Shown here: positions 8,538 to 19,286 of the stretch, piece by piece
How the letters are laid out: each line of letters begins with the position of its first letter
Position numbering within the stretch: the stretch's first letter is position 1
Assembly (NCBI GenBank): GCA_000092065.1
Contig: CP000597.1
Source of the DNA: Ostreococcus lucimarinus
Lineage: Eukaryota
Length of the DNA: 64,000 nt
Reading direction: 5' to 3' (one strand)
Made by a program: the position numbers and the translations under genes
Notes under the pieces: generated by a model
Database searches by the model: none
Seen by the model: only the letters and a program-made list of their open reading frames with translations
Told to the model about the DNA's origin: nothing

Positions 8538-11500
8538 ATGCGACGGTGTTTGTACGACGCGTACGCGCACGCGTCGTCGACGCCGCGGGACGATGACGAT
8601 GGAGACGGCGACGACGGAGATGACGATGGACGTTCGACGAGCGGTCGTCGCTCGGAGACGTCGTTGTCGACGACGCCCTCGGGGGACGCGATCGCGATCG
8701 CGCGTCGCAGACGCGGAAAAGTAACCGTGCGCGTCTTTCGGTCGAGCGACGATTGGGCGCACGCGAGGGGAGGGATGGACGAGGACGAAGACGAGGACGC
8801 GACGACGCGCTGGAGCGAAGACGGCGCGGCGTTCGCGCGCGCGTTGAGCGAGACGAGGTCATCCACATCCACGTCGACGGCCACGGCAAGCGTGATGACG
8901 AGAATCGGCGAAGTGGTATGGCGATCTACGTTTGACGGCGCAGTACCGCTGGCGGGGATGGGATTGGCGCTCGCGAAGAAGAAGAAGACGTACGATTTGT
9001 TGCGAGTCAATCTCAAGGGCACGCCCACGGTGTACCGCGAGCGCGTGCGGCTGGACGACGATTTGGGTGATGAATTGGACGACCAAGTGGTGGACTCGGT
9101 GACGCTGGGTAAAAAGTTACGTCACGCGGACGGCGCCGAGTGGGTGGAGCGTGAACGCGAGCTCGTGGTTCTCGGCCGCGGTAAGACATCAGTGGGGACG
9201 GTGATCACGATGTGGACGTACGATGATGCCGATGACTTCCCAAATTTCAGGTGCATGCGAGTGATAGATTGTGGCGGGGACGTCGCACCTCGGCGAAGCA
9301 TGTTTCGTACTCCGCGCCGCTTGCGCGTGGCGCTGCGTTCGGAGGATGGTGCTTTCAGCGTCGCCGTGTGGTCGTCTATCGGATCGTTGAGCGTTTTCTG
9401 CGTCTCTAAAGACGGCGAAGAATTGGTAAAGCGTATCAATACTCGAGATGACGTGTGCGCCGCAGCATGGTGGTCTTTTGACGCGCTTGCAGTGGCGACT
9501 CGAGCGGGAAATCTCACCGTAAAGACGGTTCCCGAAGACGAGAACGTTTTGGGAGACAAACCTGAAACATTTGATTCGATCGAAGATTTAGTGTCCGTGC
9601 CGAATGTTGTGGCTGAAAATGAGCGTGGTCGTTTGTTGCTACTCGAACGTCCTCTTGAAGGTGGATGGCGACTCATCTCAATCAACGAACGAACGCCGCT
9701 CGAAATGTTGCATTCGCACATGGATGTCGAGGAGTGGGGCGTCGCCCTAACCTTGGCTCGCCAACACGGGCTCGACACGGACGAGATTTACAAGACTCGT
9801 TGGAAGCGTTCGCGCATTACGATAGAAGGCTTGACCGACTGGTTATCACGCGTATCAGATCGCGCGTGGGTGGGCGTTCACTGCCTCATCGCATGCGCCG
9901 ATTCGTACGAGATTCAGCGGCACGTGTTGGTGTACGGATTGAAGGAATCGGATGCGCAAGCGAGACGAACGTCTAAAAATGGCGGGTTGGATCCAGAGTG
10001 GAACTGGTGGATTAAGCTTCGATTGGCCTTGCTCGGTGCGCTCGATCGCGCCGATACAGTGCACGAGATCACCGGCGGGGGATTTTCCTCTCAAGTCTAC
10101 TCAAAACTTTTGCGATCGACGATTGCTCAAGCGGCGTTGACTGCGGCATATGCGAGCGATGTGAAATCTTTAGAGATCATCTTCAAGCGACACGCATGCG
10201 GGGTTCGTGACGTGATTTTCGACAGTCTTTCTGCATTGCCCGAAACGTCTCAGGTAGCGACGTATGATAAGCTTTTGCCCTGGTCTGAAGAATACGTCAT
10301 CAGCAGCGGAGCTGCGCAACTTTCGGGACGTCGCACGAGAGATTGGTCAGAGTCAGAAGCGTATCTGAAGGAAATCAATCAATGCGAGGCGGGAGATTAC
10401 GATTTAGCCCGTGCGGCCGATGTTTCGCCGTCGGTTAGTGAAATATTTGATAGCCTCGCTACGAGGGAGTGGTTAAAGTCGGCTACGGAGGAGCTGTGTA
10501 AACTCGCACGATCACCGAACGATTCGATGACGATACATTCTAACGAAGAAATGGAAACATGGACAATACGCAGGTCGTGTGAGATGGACGCGTTCGCTGG
10601 ATCTCTCAGTAGTGCGCATCAACTTTTGGATTCCGCCTCGAGATCTTTGGCTACGAGCACGCTCGTCGACTACGCGTGCGCCGCATCGACACTCGCATCG
10701 ACGGCATTCATACTTTTTGACGCAGACGATCGCCGAATTTGTGACGTTAGCCTTGAGGAATTTCTTGTGAGCGACCCATATGGACGATTATGCACGATTC
10801 TATCGATGTTGAGTGAAAAGAATATGTCTCGGCTCATGTCCGGTCCTGTCAGCGAAATCCTCGCGCACGTTGGCGGTGCGTCAGAAGACGGTGTGGTTCT
10901 CGCGCGAGAGATGATTCAACGTTGGATTTTACGAACATCTGAGGACCGAAATCTTGGGCTAGTATCTCGCATCATTCGCTGGCTCTCTTCGTCGGTAGAA
11001 TCGATCGAATTGGTCGGTGGTCCCGATGCGCTTGCCTCCGTCGTTGTCGAAGCTTCGCTATCGCACGACGATGGCGACGAAAAGTTGATAGCAGAGTTGG
11101 CTGATATGCTCAGTGATCTTCCTTCGCTCGTCGCTGAAGTACCAGTTGCGAAAAAAGCTATCTCGCGTCTGAACGCGTGCAAATTGATGCAACAAAACGA
11201 CGTGAGCGTTTCGCTGAATGACATCGTCAGCGCTGAGCGTGATGAATCCAAGGCTATTAGTTTCGTGCGTACATTCGTCGCAAACGTCGTCGCCAAAAAC
11301 TCTTCTTTGCAGTGGTCGAGTCTGTGGTCAGATCTACACGGATTACAGTCGAGTGTGTTCCGTCGCTCGCTTTCACACGATCAAGTCCTCGGTGAACTGC
11401 TGCGCGCACAACTGCGCGCAAAGGATTGGACGCACGCAAAGCGACACGTTCCCGCGAATGGCCCTGCGGGAGCCGTCGGTGCCCTTGTCGGTGGATTAAA

Positions 11501-14500
11501 AGAGCTTGGAGGCGGCGTGTCTGCCGTTATCTCGCCATCCATTGCGGAAGATATCGTTTGCTCGGTCGCTGAAGAATTCCTCGCGCGGGCCGAACACGTT
11601 GACGACGAGGCGTCGCTCGCAGCCGAAAACTGTCTTCGTTTGATGCCAACTCGAGACACAACGACAAAGAGGCTCAATTTCATCGCTGCGCTGCGTGTGC
11701 TTTCGAAGTACGAAGTTCGCCGCGCACCGAGCGCGATAAACGCTGAAAGTGCTCTCGAGATGGTGCTGGAGTGCGCGAAGAAGGACGACGCCGGATGTCG
11801 CGCGCCCGACTTTTTACAAGAAATCGCCGCCAATCTTGGTGTAAGCGACGACGAAGCACGCATGTCTATAATCCTCGCGACTGGAGTCAAAGCCCTTGAC
11901 GTTGGCGACGTAGAAGCCGCTTACGCGACGGCATCACGCCTCTGCAAGCGCAACTACGGGCCCGCTTGGAAACTGTGCGTCGACGTTGCGCGGGCCATGC
12001 CAATGGATGACACCAAAAGGGTCGCGAAAGGGTCTTTACTAGCATTTGCGCTGGTGCATGCTGATCAAGCTGTTCTCGCAACGCTCCTGGGCGATTGGCA
12101 AGCGACGCAAACGCATCAGATACTGCACGCGTTCGCCGACGCGCACGCGGGCGATGCAAGCGACGACGATGTCGAGAGATCCCTATCGAAAGCCTGCGGG
12201 GATAGTTGGATTGGAACGGGCGTTCGGCCAGGAGTAAAGACTCTCGCGCGTCATTCACACTTTGGTCGAGCTTTAGAATTGATTTTCAGCTCATCCGACG
12301 AGAAGGCGAAAGAAGCTGCAAGTGCCGTCACGTACGCACTCGGCGTTCACGCGACGAACGTATCGGACGATGTTTTGGCGAATGTCGCGCAGAACTCCAT
12401 AGAATTAGCTTTAAAGAGTTGTCGAGCGAGAGATTTTGGCTCTGAAACTCCACCACCGATGATGTGGTCCGCTATGGGGGTTTTACTGACGATGCGAGAT
12501 GCGGTGAAGGTTTCCTCCGTCGTCGACGAAGTCGCGAGCCGTATTCACGACCGCGCGACACTCCAGACGATTCTTCACTTCGGAACGTGCGTGCACGCGC
12601 TCCGAGCTCTTCGTCTGACGTGGGATTCAATTAATTTGCCGAAACCCGTCACGGTTTCTTCGCTCGTTGATTTGGTTGGGAAAATTCAGTCTCCCGGTGA
12701 CGAAATTATGGTTGACGTCGGGTTCGTGAAGCAGTTCAGATCAAGCGTGGGCTCGGTCGTCGACGCCGAGTGGTTGTCGAAAATGATTCCAGAGATCGAT
12801 GCCGGCGCATTTGCTGCAGATGGCGCGGATTATCGCAAGCGAGCCATCATGGCGCTCGCGGCTGGGAGTTCCGGTGCGCTATCCGGTGCTGAGGCGCTCG
12901 ACAACGCCTTGAGACTCGCGGATGTGTACGGCGTTGATTCGTCCGACGTCTACACCGCCCATGCCGCACTTTTAGCGAGTGACAACGCCGAAGAGGTGCG
13001 TCGAGTCACTTCTCTTTTAAAAGAGAAGCTGCCCGCACATCCGAAGAAGAGCGTGGAGACGCTCCAAACATCTGTTTGGGAGACGTTGCCGAGGAGCGGA
13101 AAAGGCGCGCTAGAATCGGCGCTAGCATATTTCGAAGTCATGAGCGCTTGCGAGGATGGCACGGCGAAAAAGTTGTGCGAGATTTCAGATGCGTTGAAGA
13201 GTCTTTCCGCTTCGTGCGTGAATATTGATTTGCACGCGTTCGTTGACGGTAAAGGAGATGCGCCGCCAGATGCTGCGGACGCGATGTTGAACGCAATTCA
13301 GCGCGCCGTTGTCGCGAATGGTCAAAGTGGATTCCCACTCGAAACAGTTGAACGCATCATCGCCGCCGTTCAAAAGTTTCCGAGTGAAATTTCAAACCTC
13401 ACCGTTCCAGAGGACGTGTTCTTCACCGTCGCTCGTTCACTCCTGGCGCCGCCGCCGGGAGCGACGAGACCGAGCCCCGATCACAGATGGGACGCTCTAA
13501 AGTCCGTGGGACTCGATCATCTTGGTGAAAAGCATCTTGTCACCATATTAAACGCCTTAATTGGTGGCGGCGTGTCCACAACGAAGATACAGAGGCCTCC
13601 ATCATCGGTCCACAAAGAACTGAACACATTCAGCGCTGAAATCTCGTCCCGGACTCGCTTGAAAGCGGTGGAAGAAGTCTTGAGCGTCGTCGGCGACGCC
13701 GAAAATCTCAGCGGCGTGCGCGCGGCGAGGGATGACCTACGCCTCGTGATTCGAGTGATGGACGACATTCCTGGACTTAATTCGACACTTTTGAGACTGC
13801 TTGAAGAATCTTTAAGCGATCGAGAGAGTTTACAAGAAGTCGCTAAATCTTGGGTTCAGAACTCGGCGACGTTTGGGCAGCTCTCCACGCTTGCGGCGAC
13901 GCTTGAGTCCGATTCCCCTGAACGGCGCGTAGACGTCCTCTTAGCCGTCTCGAGCGCTTTAAGCGACGCGTTTATAAATGTTTCCGATGAAGCATCGGAG
14001 CTTTTCAACATTGTCCGGCAAACTCTCGGGGGAGGTTCTCCCAAGGATGAGAAACTCGCCGAGGCGAGATTGAGCGCCTTCACAAAGCTCGAAGGTTTCG
14101 TCGCCGTGGCGACGCCCGTAATGCGAGGAAAAATCCTGGAAATTTTATCCGACCTCGCGAGTGAAACTTGCACACTTTGGCCTGGTTGGCGCGCGTCTCA
14201 TCAAGGTCGAGGTATCGTGAACGTCCTGCGTATGCGCACGGGAGCGCTTCTCGCCCCCTTCGGACTCGAGTCGCCGACGGAAGAATCTATTCAAGACGTC
14301 CCCAAAATGTGCGCGTATTTCTCGAATGAACTCGCGCACGGCGACGTAAAGGTTCCTTTTTCCGTGCTCGTAGAAGTTTTAACGCTCTGGGAAGAGCCAC
14401 CGAAGAGAACGAGGATAACTTTGAAGCCATGTTGGATGACTCTCTTGAAGCGAGGTTTGCGAGGCGATGAATGCGGCGAATCCATCGACATCGTCGCCGC

Positions 14501-15074
14501 TCAAATTTTCAGTAGCGGTGCATCGACGACAAAGCGGTGGTTATCGAACGAAGATCTTATGCAGCTTTTGGATGAAGCGAAGCAATCTTCCGATTACGAT
14601 GATTTACTCGTCGCCAAGTTGTCTTTTCTCCTCGGCGAACCGTTTCACGGCTCTCCGACGACTTGGGACGCCGAAGCGGTGGCGCTCGCGGTACACGCAG
14701 AACAAATTCCGAATACCTGTGCGGCTTCGGAAGACGTCTTTAAGACATTTGTTGACTTGTCGTTCGAGCACGTGCGCGGACGGGACGTGCTTCTACCGCA
14801 CATGATCGCCGCGTTAACGCGCGCCAAGATGTACGAACGCGCGGCGTCTCTCGCGCTGCGATTGACGACCGTGCATCCGGTATTCGCCGCCGATTTCGAG
14901 AGTCGTTTAGCCATCTTGCGCGAGCAATTGTACTACCGCGCGCAGGCAAAGCGCGATGGCGTTCAAACGAAGGAAGTGACGTCAGCCATCGACCGCGTCT
15001 TGGTTAAGCTCGAGACGAGCCTTGCGGGCGCGTGCGCCAGCGCCAGCGGCGCGCTCGAGATCGCGCTGTCGTGA
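8538..15074 (+). CDS. Very large (about 2,178 aa) protein, probably NBAS / MAG2-interacting-protein-2 / Sec39-like ER-Golgi tethering factor
   Basis: Uninterrupted 6.5-kb ORF. The segment ERTPLEMLHSHMDVEEWGVALTLARQHGLDTDEIYKTRWKRS resembles the region following the NBAS N-terminal propeller as I recall it (ERTPEEMY...EEYEEALSLA..YGLDTDLVYQRQW); the rest is helical repeats. Family assignment is from memory only. Confidence 0.45.
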   Translation: MRRCLYDAYAHASSTPRDDDDGDGDDGDDDGRSTSGRRSETSLSTTPSGDAIAIARRRRGKVTVRVFRSSDDWAHARGGMDEDEDEDATTRWSEDGAAFARALSETRSSTSTSTATASVMTRIGEVVWRSTFDGAVPLAGMGLALAKKKKTYDLLRVNLKGTPTVYRERVRLDDDLGDELDDQVVDSVTLGKKLRHADGAEWVERERELVVLGRGKTSVGTVITMWTYDDADDFPNFRCMRVIDCGGDVAPRRSMFRTPRRLRVALRSEDGAFSVAVWSSIGSLSVFCVSKDGEELVKRINTRDDVCAAAWWSFDALAVATRAGNLTVKTVPEDENVLGDKPETFDSIEDLVSVPNVVAENERGRLLLLERPLEGGWRLISINERTPLEMLHSHMDVEEWGVALTLARQHGLDTDEIYKTRWKRSRITIEGLTDWLSRVSDRAWVGVHCLIACADSYEIQRHVLVYGLKESDAQARRTSKNGGLDPEWNWWIKLRLALLGALDRADTVHEITGGGFSSQVYSKLLRSTIAQAALTAAYASDVKSLEIIFKRHACGVRDVIFDSLSALPETSQVATYDKLLPWSEEYVISSGAAQLSGRRTRDWSESEAYLKEINQCEAGDYDLARAADVSPSVSEIFDSLATREWLKSATEELCKLARSPNDSMTIHSNEEMETWTIRRSCEMDAFAGSLSSAHQLLDSASRSLATSTLVDYACAASTLASTAFILFDADDRRICDVSLEEFLVSDPYGRLCTILSMLSEKNMSRLMSGPVSEILAHVGGASEDGVVLAREMIQRWILRTSEDRNLGLVSRIIRWLSSSVESIELVGGPDALASVVVEASLSHDDGDEKLIAELADMLSDLPSLVAEVPVAKKAISRLNACKLMQQNDVSVSLNDIVSAERDESKAISFVRTFVANVVAKNSSLQWSSLWSDLHGLQSSVFRRSLSHDQVLGELLRAQLRAKDWTHAKRHVPANGPAGAVGALVGGLKELGGGVSAVISPSIAEDIVCSVAEEFLARAEHVDDEASLAAENCLRLMPTRDTTTKRLNFIAALRVLSKYEVRRAPSAINAESALEMVLECAKKDDAGCRAPDFLQEIAANLGVSDDEARMSIILATGVKALDVGDVEAAYATASRLCKRNYGPAWKLCVDVARAMPMDDTKRVAKGSLLAFALVHADQAVLATLLGDWQATQTHQILHAFADAHAGDASDDDVERSLSKACGDSWIGTGVRPGVKTLARHSHFGRALELIFSSSDEKAKEAASAVTYALGVHATNVSDDVLANVAQNSIELALKSCRARDFGSETPPPMMWSAMGVLLTMRDAVKVSSVVDEVASRIHDRATLQTILHFGTCVHALRALRLTWDSINLPKPVTVSSLVDLVGKIQSPGDEIMVDVGFVKQFRSSVGSVVDAEWLSKMIPEIDAGAFAADGADYRKRAIMALAAGSSGALSGAEALDNALRLADVYGVDSSDVYTAHAALLASDNAEEVRRVTSLLKEKLPAHPKKSVETLQTSVWETLPRSGKGALESALAYFEVMSACEDGTAKKLCEISDALKSLSASCVNIDLHAFVDGKGDAPPDAADAMLNAIQRAVVANGQSGFPLETVERIIAAVQKFPSEISNLTVPEDVFFTVARSLLAPPPGATRPSPDHRWDALKSVGLDHLGEKHLVTILNALIGGGVSTTKIQRPPSSVHKELNTFSAEISSRTRLKAVEEVLSVVGDAENLSGVRAARDDLRLVIRVMDDIPGLNSTLLRLLEESLSDRESLQEVAKSWVQNSATFGQLSTLAATLESDSPERRVDVLLAVSSALSDAFINVSDEASELFNIVRQTLGGGSPKDEKLAEARLSAFTKLEGFVAVATPVMRGKILEILSDLASETCTLWPGWRASHQGRGIVNVLRMRTGALLAPFGLESPTEESIQDVPKMCAYFSNELAHGDVKVPFSVLVEVLTLWEEPPKRTRITLKPCWMTLLKRGLRGDECGESIDIVAAQIFSSGASTTKRWLSNEDLMQLLDEAKQSSDYDDLLVAKLSFLLGEPFHGSPTTWDAEAVALAVHAEQIPNTCAASEDVFKTFVDLSFEHVRGRDVLLPHMIAALTRAKMYERAASLALRLTTVHPVFAADFESRLAILREQLYYRAQAKRDGVQTKEVTSAIDRVLVKLETSLAGACASASGALEIALS

Positions 15075-15179
15075 CGTGCGCGGAACGCGCGCGAAAAATC
15101 TACAAAAAATTACAAAGAATCTCTAGACACCTATGATACATTAGCTAGCGTTGTTGCGATGAAAAAGCACGAATTAGCC

Positions 15180-15965
15180 CTAAACGAGCGACCGGTGATT
15201 GATTCCCAGTTTTTCGCGCAAAGCGTTGCTAAACTGCGCTCGCCGCGTCGTGTGCGAACCAGAACTCGTACTAGTGATGAGGAATTCCTCCAAATCGCCC
15301 GCCTTCGTCGAAAACACGGCGGCGCGGTACGTCGTGAGCGGCGCCTTCGAACGCGCCTCGATACGCGAACGAATCGCGCACTCGAATCCACACATCGACG
15401 GCTCTTCGTCGCCGCTTCGCAGCGGGCACGTGAGGCAATAATTCGACAGTAACGCGTCGTTTTCGTTGCGTTCGTCGTCATCCATCGCTAAATCTTCCGC
15501 GTCAACGAACGCCACGCTCTCACCGCTCGTTTCGTCCGTGAGAATCGTCGGTCGCTTCAATTTCGCGACGACGACGGCGGATTCGTGTCTCCGCAGCGTC
15601 GCGTACAGCTCCAATTCCTTCAAAAACGCCGCGCCCGACGGTCGAGGACTCGATCGCAACACGCCATTCTTCACCTCCATCTCCCTCGCCTTGATGATCG
15701 TTCTCCGCGACGTCGCGCACTCTTCGTCCGTCGTCGCCTCGTCCGAGAGATCGCACAGCCACGCTCGCGTGGATATGTCTCTCCTCGACGCCGCGCCCGC
15801 CGTCGATCCGCCGAGGAACGTCTTCGCGAGCGATTCCACGACTTGCTGCGAGTTCCACGCGTGCGGCGCGCTCGATCCGTTATCGTTATCCATGCTTCCG
15901 TGATCCCCTCCCGCGCCGCCGTGATGCGCCTTCACCGCGCGTCCCCGTCGCGCCGCGGACGCCAT
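15180..15965 (-). CDS. Hypothetical protein (about 260 aa from ATG 15965; alternative ATGs at 16058 and 15893)
   Basis: ORF with moderately complex composition (NYCLTCPLRSGDEEPSMCGFECAIRSRIEARS...); the track start at 16160 is TTG; no family recognised. Confidence 0.3.
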   Translation of the reverse strand: MASAARRGRAVKAHHGGAGGDHGSMDNDNGSSAPHAWNSQQVVESLAKTFLGGSTAGAASRRDISTRAWLCDLSDEATTDEECATSRRTIIKAREMEVKNGVLRSSPRPSGAAFLKELELYATLRRHESAVVVAKLKRPTILTDETSGESVAFVDAEDLAMDDDERNENDALLSNYCLTCPLRSGDEEPSMCGFECAIRSRIEARSKAPLTTYRAAVFSTKAGDLEEFLITSTSSGSHTTRRAQFSNALREKLGINHRSLV

Positions 15966-16316
15966 CTTTCGCCGCGCGCTCGACGTCGACGTCGTCGTCG
16001 CGCGCGCGCCGCGCGTCGTCCGCGGCGCGTCCCGGAGCGCGGGCTGGATCGCGCGCATTTGTCCGCGCGCTCGCCCGTCCGGCCTCGCTCGTCCGGCCTC
16101 GGCGTTCGTTCGCGCCGCGCTGTGTCCACGCGCCAGATCTGTTATCCGAACACGTGCCAACGCACGCGGTCGCGCGGATCGTGACCAACCGAATGGTCAT
16201 AAAATCTATTAATATACGATACAATACACGCATGTCTACACAGCGAACGCACCCACGCGAACCGCCGCCCCGGATCCCGAAGCGTCGCGTCGCCTCGCGT
16301 CGCGTCGCGTCGACGG

Positions 16317-18206
16317 ATGGACCGACGCGCCGACGGACCGGCGCGCGCGTCCGGCGTCCGGCCGCACTCGCGTCCGCGCGCGCCGTTCGACGAGCGAGGG
16401 CGAGGACCGACGATGACGACGGTACCGACGCGCGCGACGACGCGCGCGACGACGGTATCGACGCGCGCGCGAGCGACGCGCGCGATGGCGACGACGACGA
16501 CGACAGCGTCAACGGCTCGGCACGCGGCGACGGGAGGGCGACGCGCGCGCGACGGACGCGCGCGATTAGAGATGACACGCGGGGGCGGTGGAGTGAACGT
16601 CAACGACGCGTCGACGGCGGGCAGGGCGCGCCGACGCGCGCGAGGGGGAAGACGGACGACGACGACGACGACGAACGCGATTAGCGACGCGACGGAGCCA
16701 GAGCTCGCGGCGACGCGCGCGACGATTCCGATATCGTCGTTCGATGAAGAAGAGCGCGCCGTGGATGAAGAGAGGGACGAAGAAACGCACACCGGATCGC
16801 TCGCGGGCGTCGTGGCGCTCATCGTGGGAAGTACCGTGGGGGCGGGGGTGCTGGCGCTTCCGGCGGCGACGGCGGAAGCCGGCATCTTGCCGGCGAGCGG
16901 GGCGTTGATAGGGGTGTGGATCTTACTCGTGTGCGACGCCTTGCTGTTGGCCGAGGTGAATGTGGGGATTATGCGAGAGCGAGACGAAGATCGGTTGACG
17001 CACGGACGAGGGCACTCGCCGGTGGTGATTTCTTTGAGCGACATGGCGGAGCGGACGCTCGGCACCGAAGGCAAAGTTTTCGCGTCGGCGCTGTACTCAT
17101 TCATGTCGCTCACCGTGCTCGTAGCGTACATAAGCAAGGGCGCGGAGATTTTAGATGGCGCGCTCGAAATCGGCCCATCGCTCGCCGCAGTGATGTTCAC
17201 CGCCGGTTTAGGGGGTACGATTTGCTTGGGGGGATCTAAGGTGGCCGACAAGCTGAACCAAATGTTGACGTACGGTTCCCTCATCGCGTTCGCCGCGTTC
17301 GTGGGAAGCGGAGCGTTTTACGCGGATTGGAGCCATGCGAATTGGATGGGCTCGACCGATGCCGTCCCGTCGACGATTCCAATCATTTTCCTCACGCTCG
17401 TGTATCACGACTTGATACCCGTCATGTGCGCGTTTTTGCAAGGCGACATGAAGCAAATTCGGCGAGCTATTTTAATCGGTTCATCGATCCCGCTCGCCAT
17501 GTTTTTGCTGTGGAATACCGTCGCTTTGGCTATGGCTGGAGGTGATATCACGGCGGATCCTCTGAGCATCATATCCGAAGATCTCGGTGGCTCCGCAAGC
17601 GTGCTTTTGAGCCTCTTCGGCGTCAGCGCCATCGGCACGTCCTTCATCGGCGTCTCTCTCGGTATGTCCGAGTATTTGATGCCATTCATGGAGAACGCGT
17701 TAAGCGGTCTCGACGAACCGGAAGAAGAGGCTAGATTGACGCGCGCTTTGTACGAGGCGATGAACACGTACGAAGACGAGAAACCATCTGGCTTGCCGAG
17801 CGTCTCGCGCGTGCTCACGTTCGCCGCCTTCCTCTCCGTCCCCCTCTTCGTCGCGGAACAATGTCCAAACATTTTTCTTCCCGTCACCAACTTTGTCGGT
17901 GCGTACGGAATGACGACACTTTACGGTGTTATGCCGCCAATCATGGCGTATACGATGCGACAAGAGAGGAGAGAGTCTCGGCGAGCCGACCCATTCGCGC
18001 CGCTCGCGTTGCGCTTCAAGACAAACACACTGCTTCCCGGCGGTCGTCTCACGCTCAGCGCGCTCAGTCTATCCGCCGTCGCCATCGCACTTTCTAAAGT
18101 GTACGAGGATATCTCCGTGGTGAGCGGCTCAGGCGTCGACAGCCCGCTGGCCGTCGGAAAACTCGCGGAGCTCGTCGCCGACGTCGCTTCGGCGGTCCCA
18201 CTTTGA
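16317..18206 (+). CDS. Tryptophan/tyrosine permease family (HAAAP, TC 2.A.42) amino-acid transporter with a long low-complexity N-terminal extension
   Basis: LAGVVALIVGSTVGAGVLALPAATAEAGILPASGALIGVWILLVCDALLLAEVN is the conserved TM1-2 region of Trp_Tyr_perm; about 11 hydrophobic segments follow. Confidence 0.7.
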   Translation: MDRRADGPARASGVRPHSRPRAPFDERGRGPTMTTVPTRATTRATTVSTRARATRAMATTTTTASTARHAATGGRRARDGRARLEMTRGGGGVNVNDASTAGRARRRARGGRRTTTTTTNAISDATEPELAATRATIPISSFDEEERAVDEERDEETHTGSLAGVVALIVGSTVGAGVLALPAATAEAGILPASGALIGVWILLVCDALLLAEVNVGIMRERDEDRLTHGRGHSPVVISLSDMAERTLGTEGKVFASALYSFMSLTVLVAYISKGAEILDGALEIGPSLAAVMFTAGLGGTICLGGSKVADKLNQMLTYGSLIAFAAFVGSGAFYADWSHANWMGSTDAVPSTIPIIFLTLVYHDLIPVMCAFLQGDMKQIRRAILIGSSIPLAMFLLWNTVALAMAGGDITADPLSIISEDLGGSASVLLSLFGVSAIGTSFIGVSLGMSEYLMPFMENALSGLDEPEEEARLTRALYEAMNTYEDEKPSGLPSVSRVLTFAAFLSVPLFVAEQCPNIFLPVTNFVGAYGMTTLYGVMPPIMAYTMRQERRESRRADPFAPLALRFKTNTLLPGGRLTLSALSLSAVAIALSKVYEDISVVSGSGVDSPLAVGKLAELVADVASAVPL

Positions 18207-18482
18207 GAATGTCCCACCCTCTTCCCCGCGCGCTCGCGCGCGCTGTATAGTGTAATTGAACTTTGTATCATTTTGTATCATTACATAAACTTGTGTCCTC
18301 GTGCGGTACTCTCGTAGCGTCCATCGCCGACTTCGTCGTCGTGGGTCCCTTCGCGGGCGCTGGAGCCAGCGTGGCGTAGAGCGACGCGAGCCGATTCGCG
18401 TTCGCCGCACACTGCCGCGCGACGCGCGACCTCGGCGCACCGCGCGCGACCCGAACTCGATCAATCTTCTCGCGCGCGCGCG

Positions 18483-19286
18483 ATGGGTGGCAACGCCTCC
18501 AAACAGCTCGTCGACGAGAACCCGCTCGTGACGCGATGCAAATTCGACGATCCGACCGAGGTGGTTGTTCTGCCCAAGGCGAAGATTGAGAAATTTGATC
18601 TAAAGACGGCGCTCGGGATGCGAGTTACCGTGGAACCGGGATGGGAATGGGCGCGCGATGTGGGCGAGGCGCAGGGGAAGAAGTACTGCCCGGTGCGTCA
18701 CGTTGGAATCGTCGAACAAGGCCAGATTAATGTCACGACGAAAGACGGCGCAAAGATGAGATACGCCGCCGGCGACGTCTACTTGATTGAACCCGGGCAC
18801 AACGCGAAGAACAAGCAAGGCGTGAATTTCGTCGGCTATGAATTCGTGAGCAAGATCAATACCGACGCCGCGGGTGGTGGATCGACGTACGCTGCGGAAG
18901 TGGCTTCGTCCGAGGTGGAAGTGAAGCAGCTCGACAAGGCGTCGTTCGCCGCGCCGAGCGTATCCAAGACAATGCCCAACGGCGAGGCGTGCGTGTGCAT
19001 GCTCGGCAACAACCAGGCAAAATCTATGCGAGCGACGCTCCAGCCGGGTTGGACTTGGAAAACCGGCGCTCGCACGCTTTTGCCGCCCGAAAAGCAAACT
19101 CTCGAGGCTTGCCCTGCGCGGCACGTGGGTTACATAACTAAGGGCAAGTTCGCCATGATTGACGCCAAGACGGGCAAAACCACGATCGTTGCACCGGGAA
19201 TGTGTTATGTGTGCGAGCCAGGCCACGATGCCGAAGTCTTGGGCGATGAAACGGTCGAGTTCATTGAGTTTGAAACCATCCTCTAA
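18483..19286 (+). CDS. N-myristoylation-motif protein composed of two tandem-duplicated beta-barrel (cupin-like) domains
   Basis: Begins MGGNASK (Gly2/Ser6 N-myristoylation consensus). Two internal repeats share PGWEW..ARDVG..CPVRHVGIVEQG and PGWTW..CPARHVGYITKG and both end ..EPGH(N/D)A. Confidence 0.5.
   Translation: MGGNASKQLVDENPLVTRCKFDDPTEVVVLPKAKIEKFDLKTALGMRVTVEPGWEWARDVGEAQGKKYCPVRHVGIVEQGQINVTTKDGAKMRYAAGDVYLIEPGHNAKNKQGVNFVGYEFVSKINTDAAGGGSTYAAEVASSEVEVKQLDKASFAAPSVSKTMPNGEACVCMLGNNQAKSMRATLQPGWTWKTGARTLLPPEKQTLEACPARHVGYITKGKFAMIDAKTGKTTIVAPGMCYVCEPGHDAEVLGDETVEFIEFETIL

Noticed and set aside
16142-17284. 380-aa minus-strand ORF overlapping the Trp/Tyr-permease gene; also 18600..19433(-) opposite the bicupin gene, 56637..57482(-) and 56722..58008(-) opposite the ACT gene, and 60589..61454 ORFs in the spacer
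   Set aside because: All are low-complexity R/A/S/P translations antisense to, or between, genes that have clear family signatures; no conserved motifs
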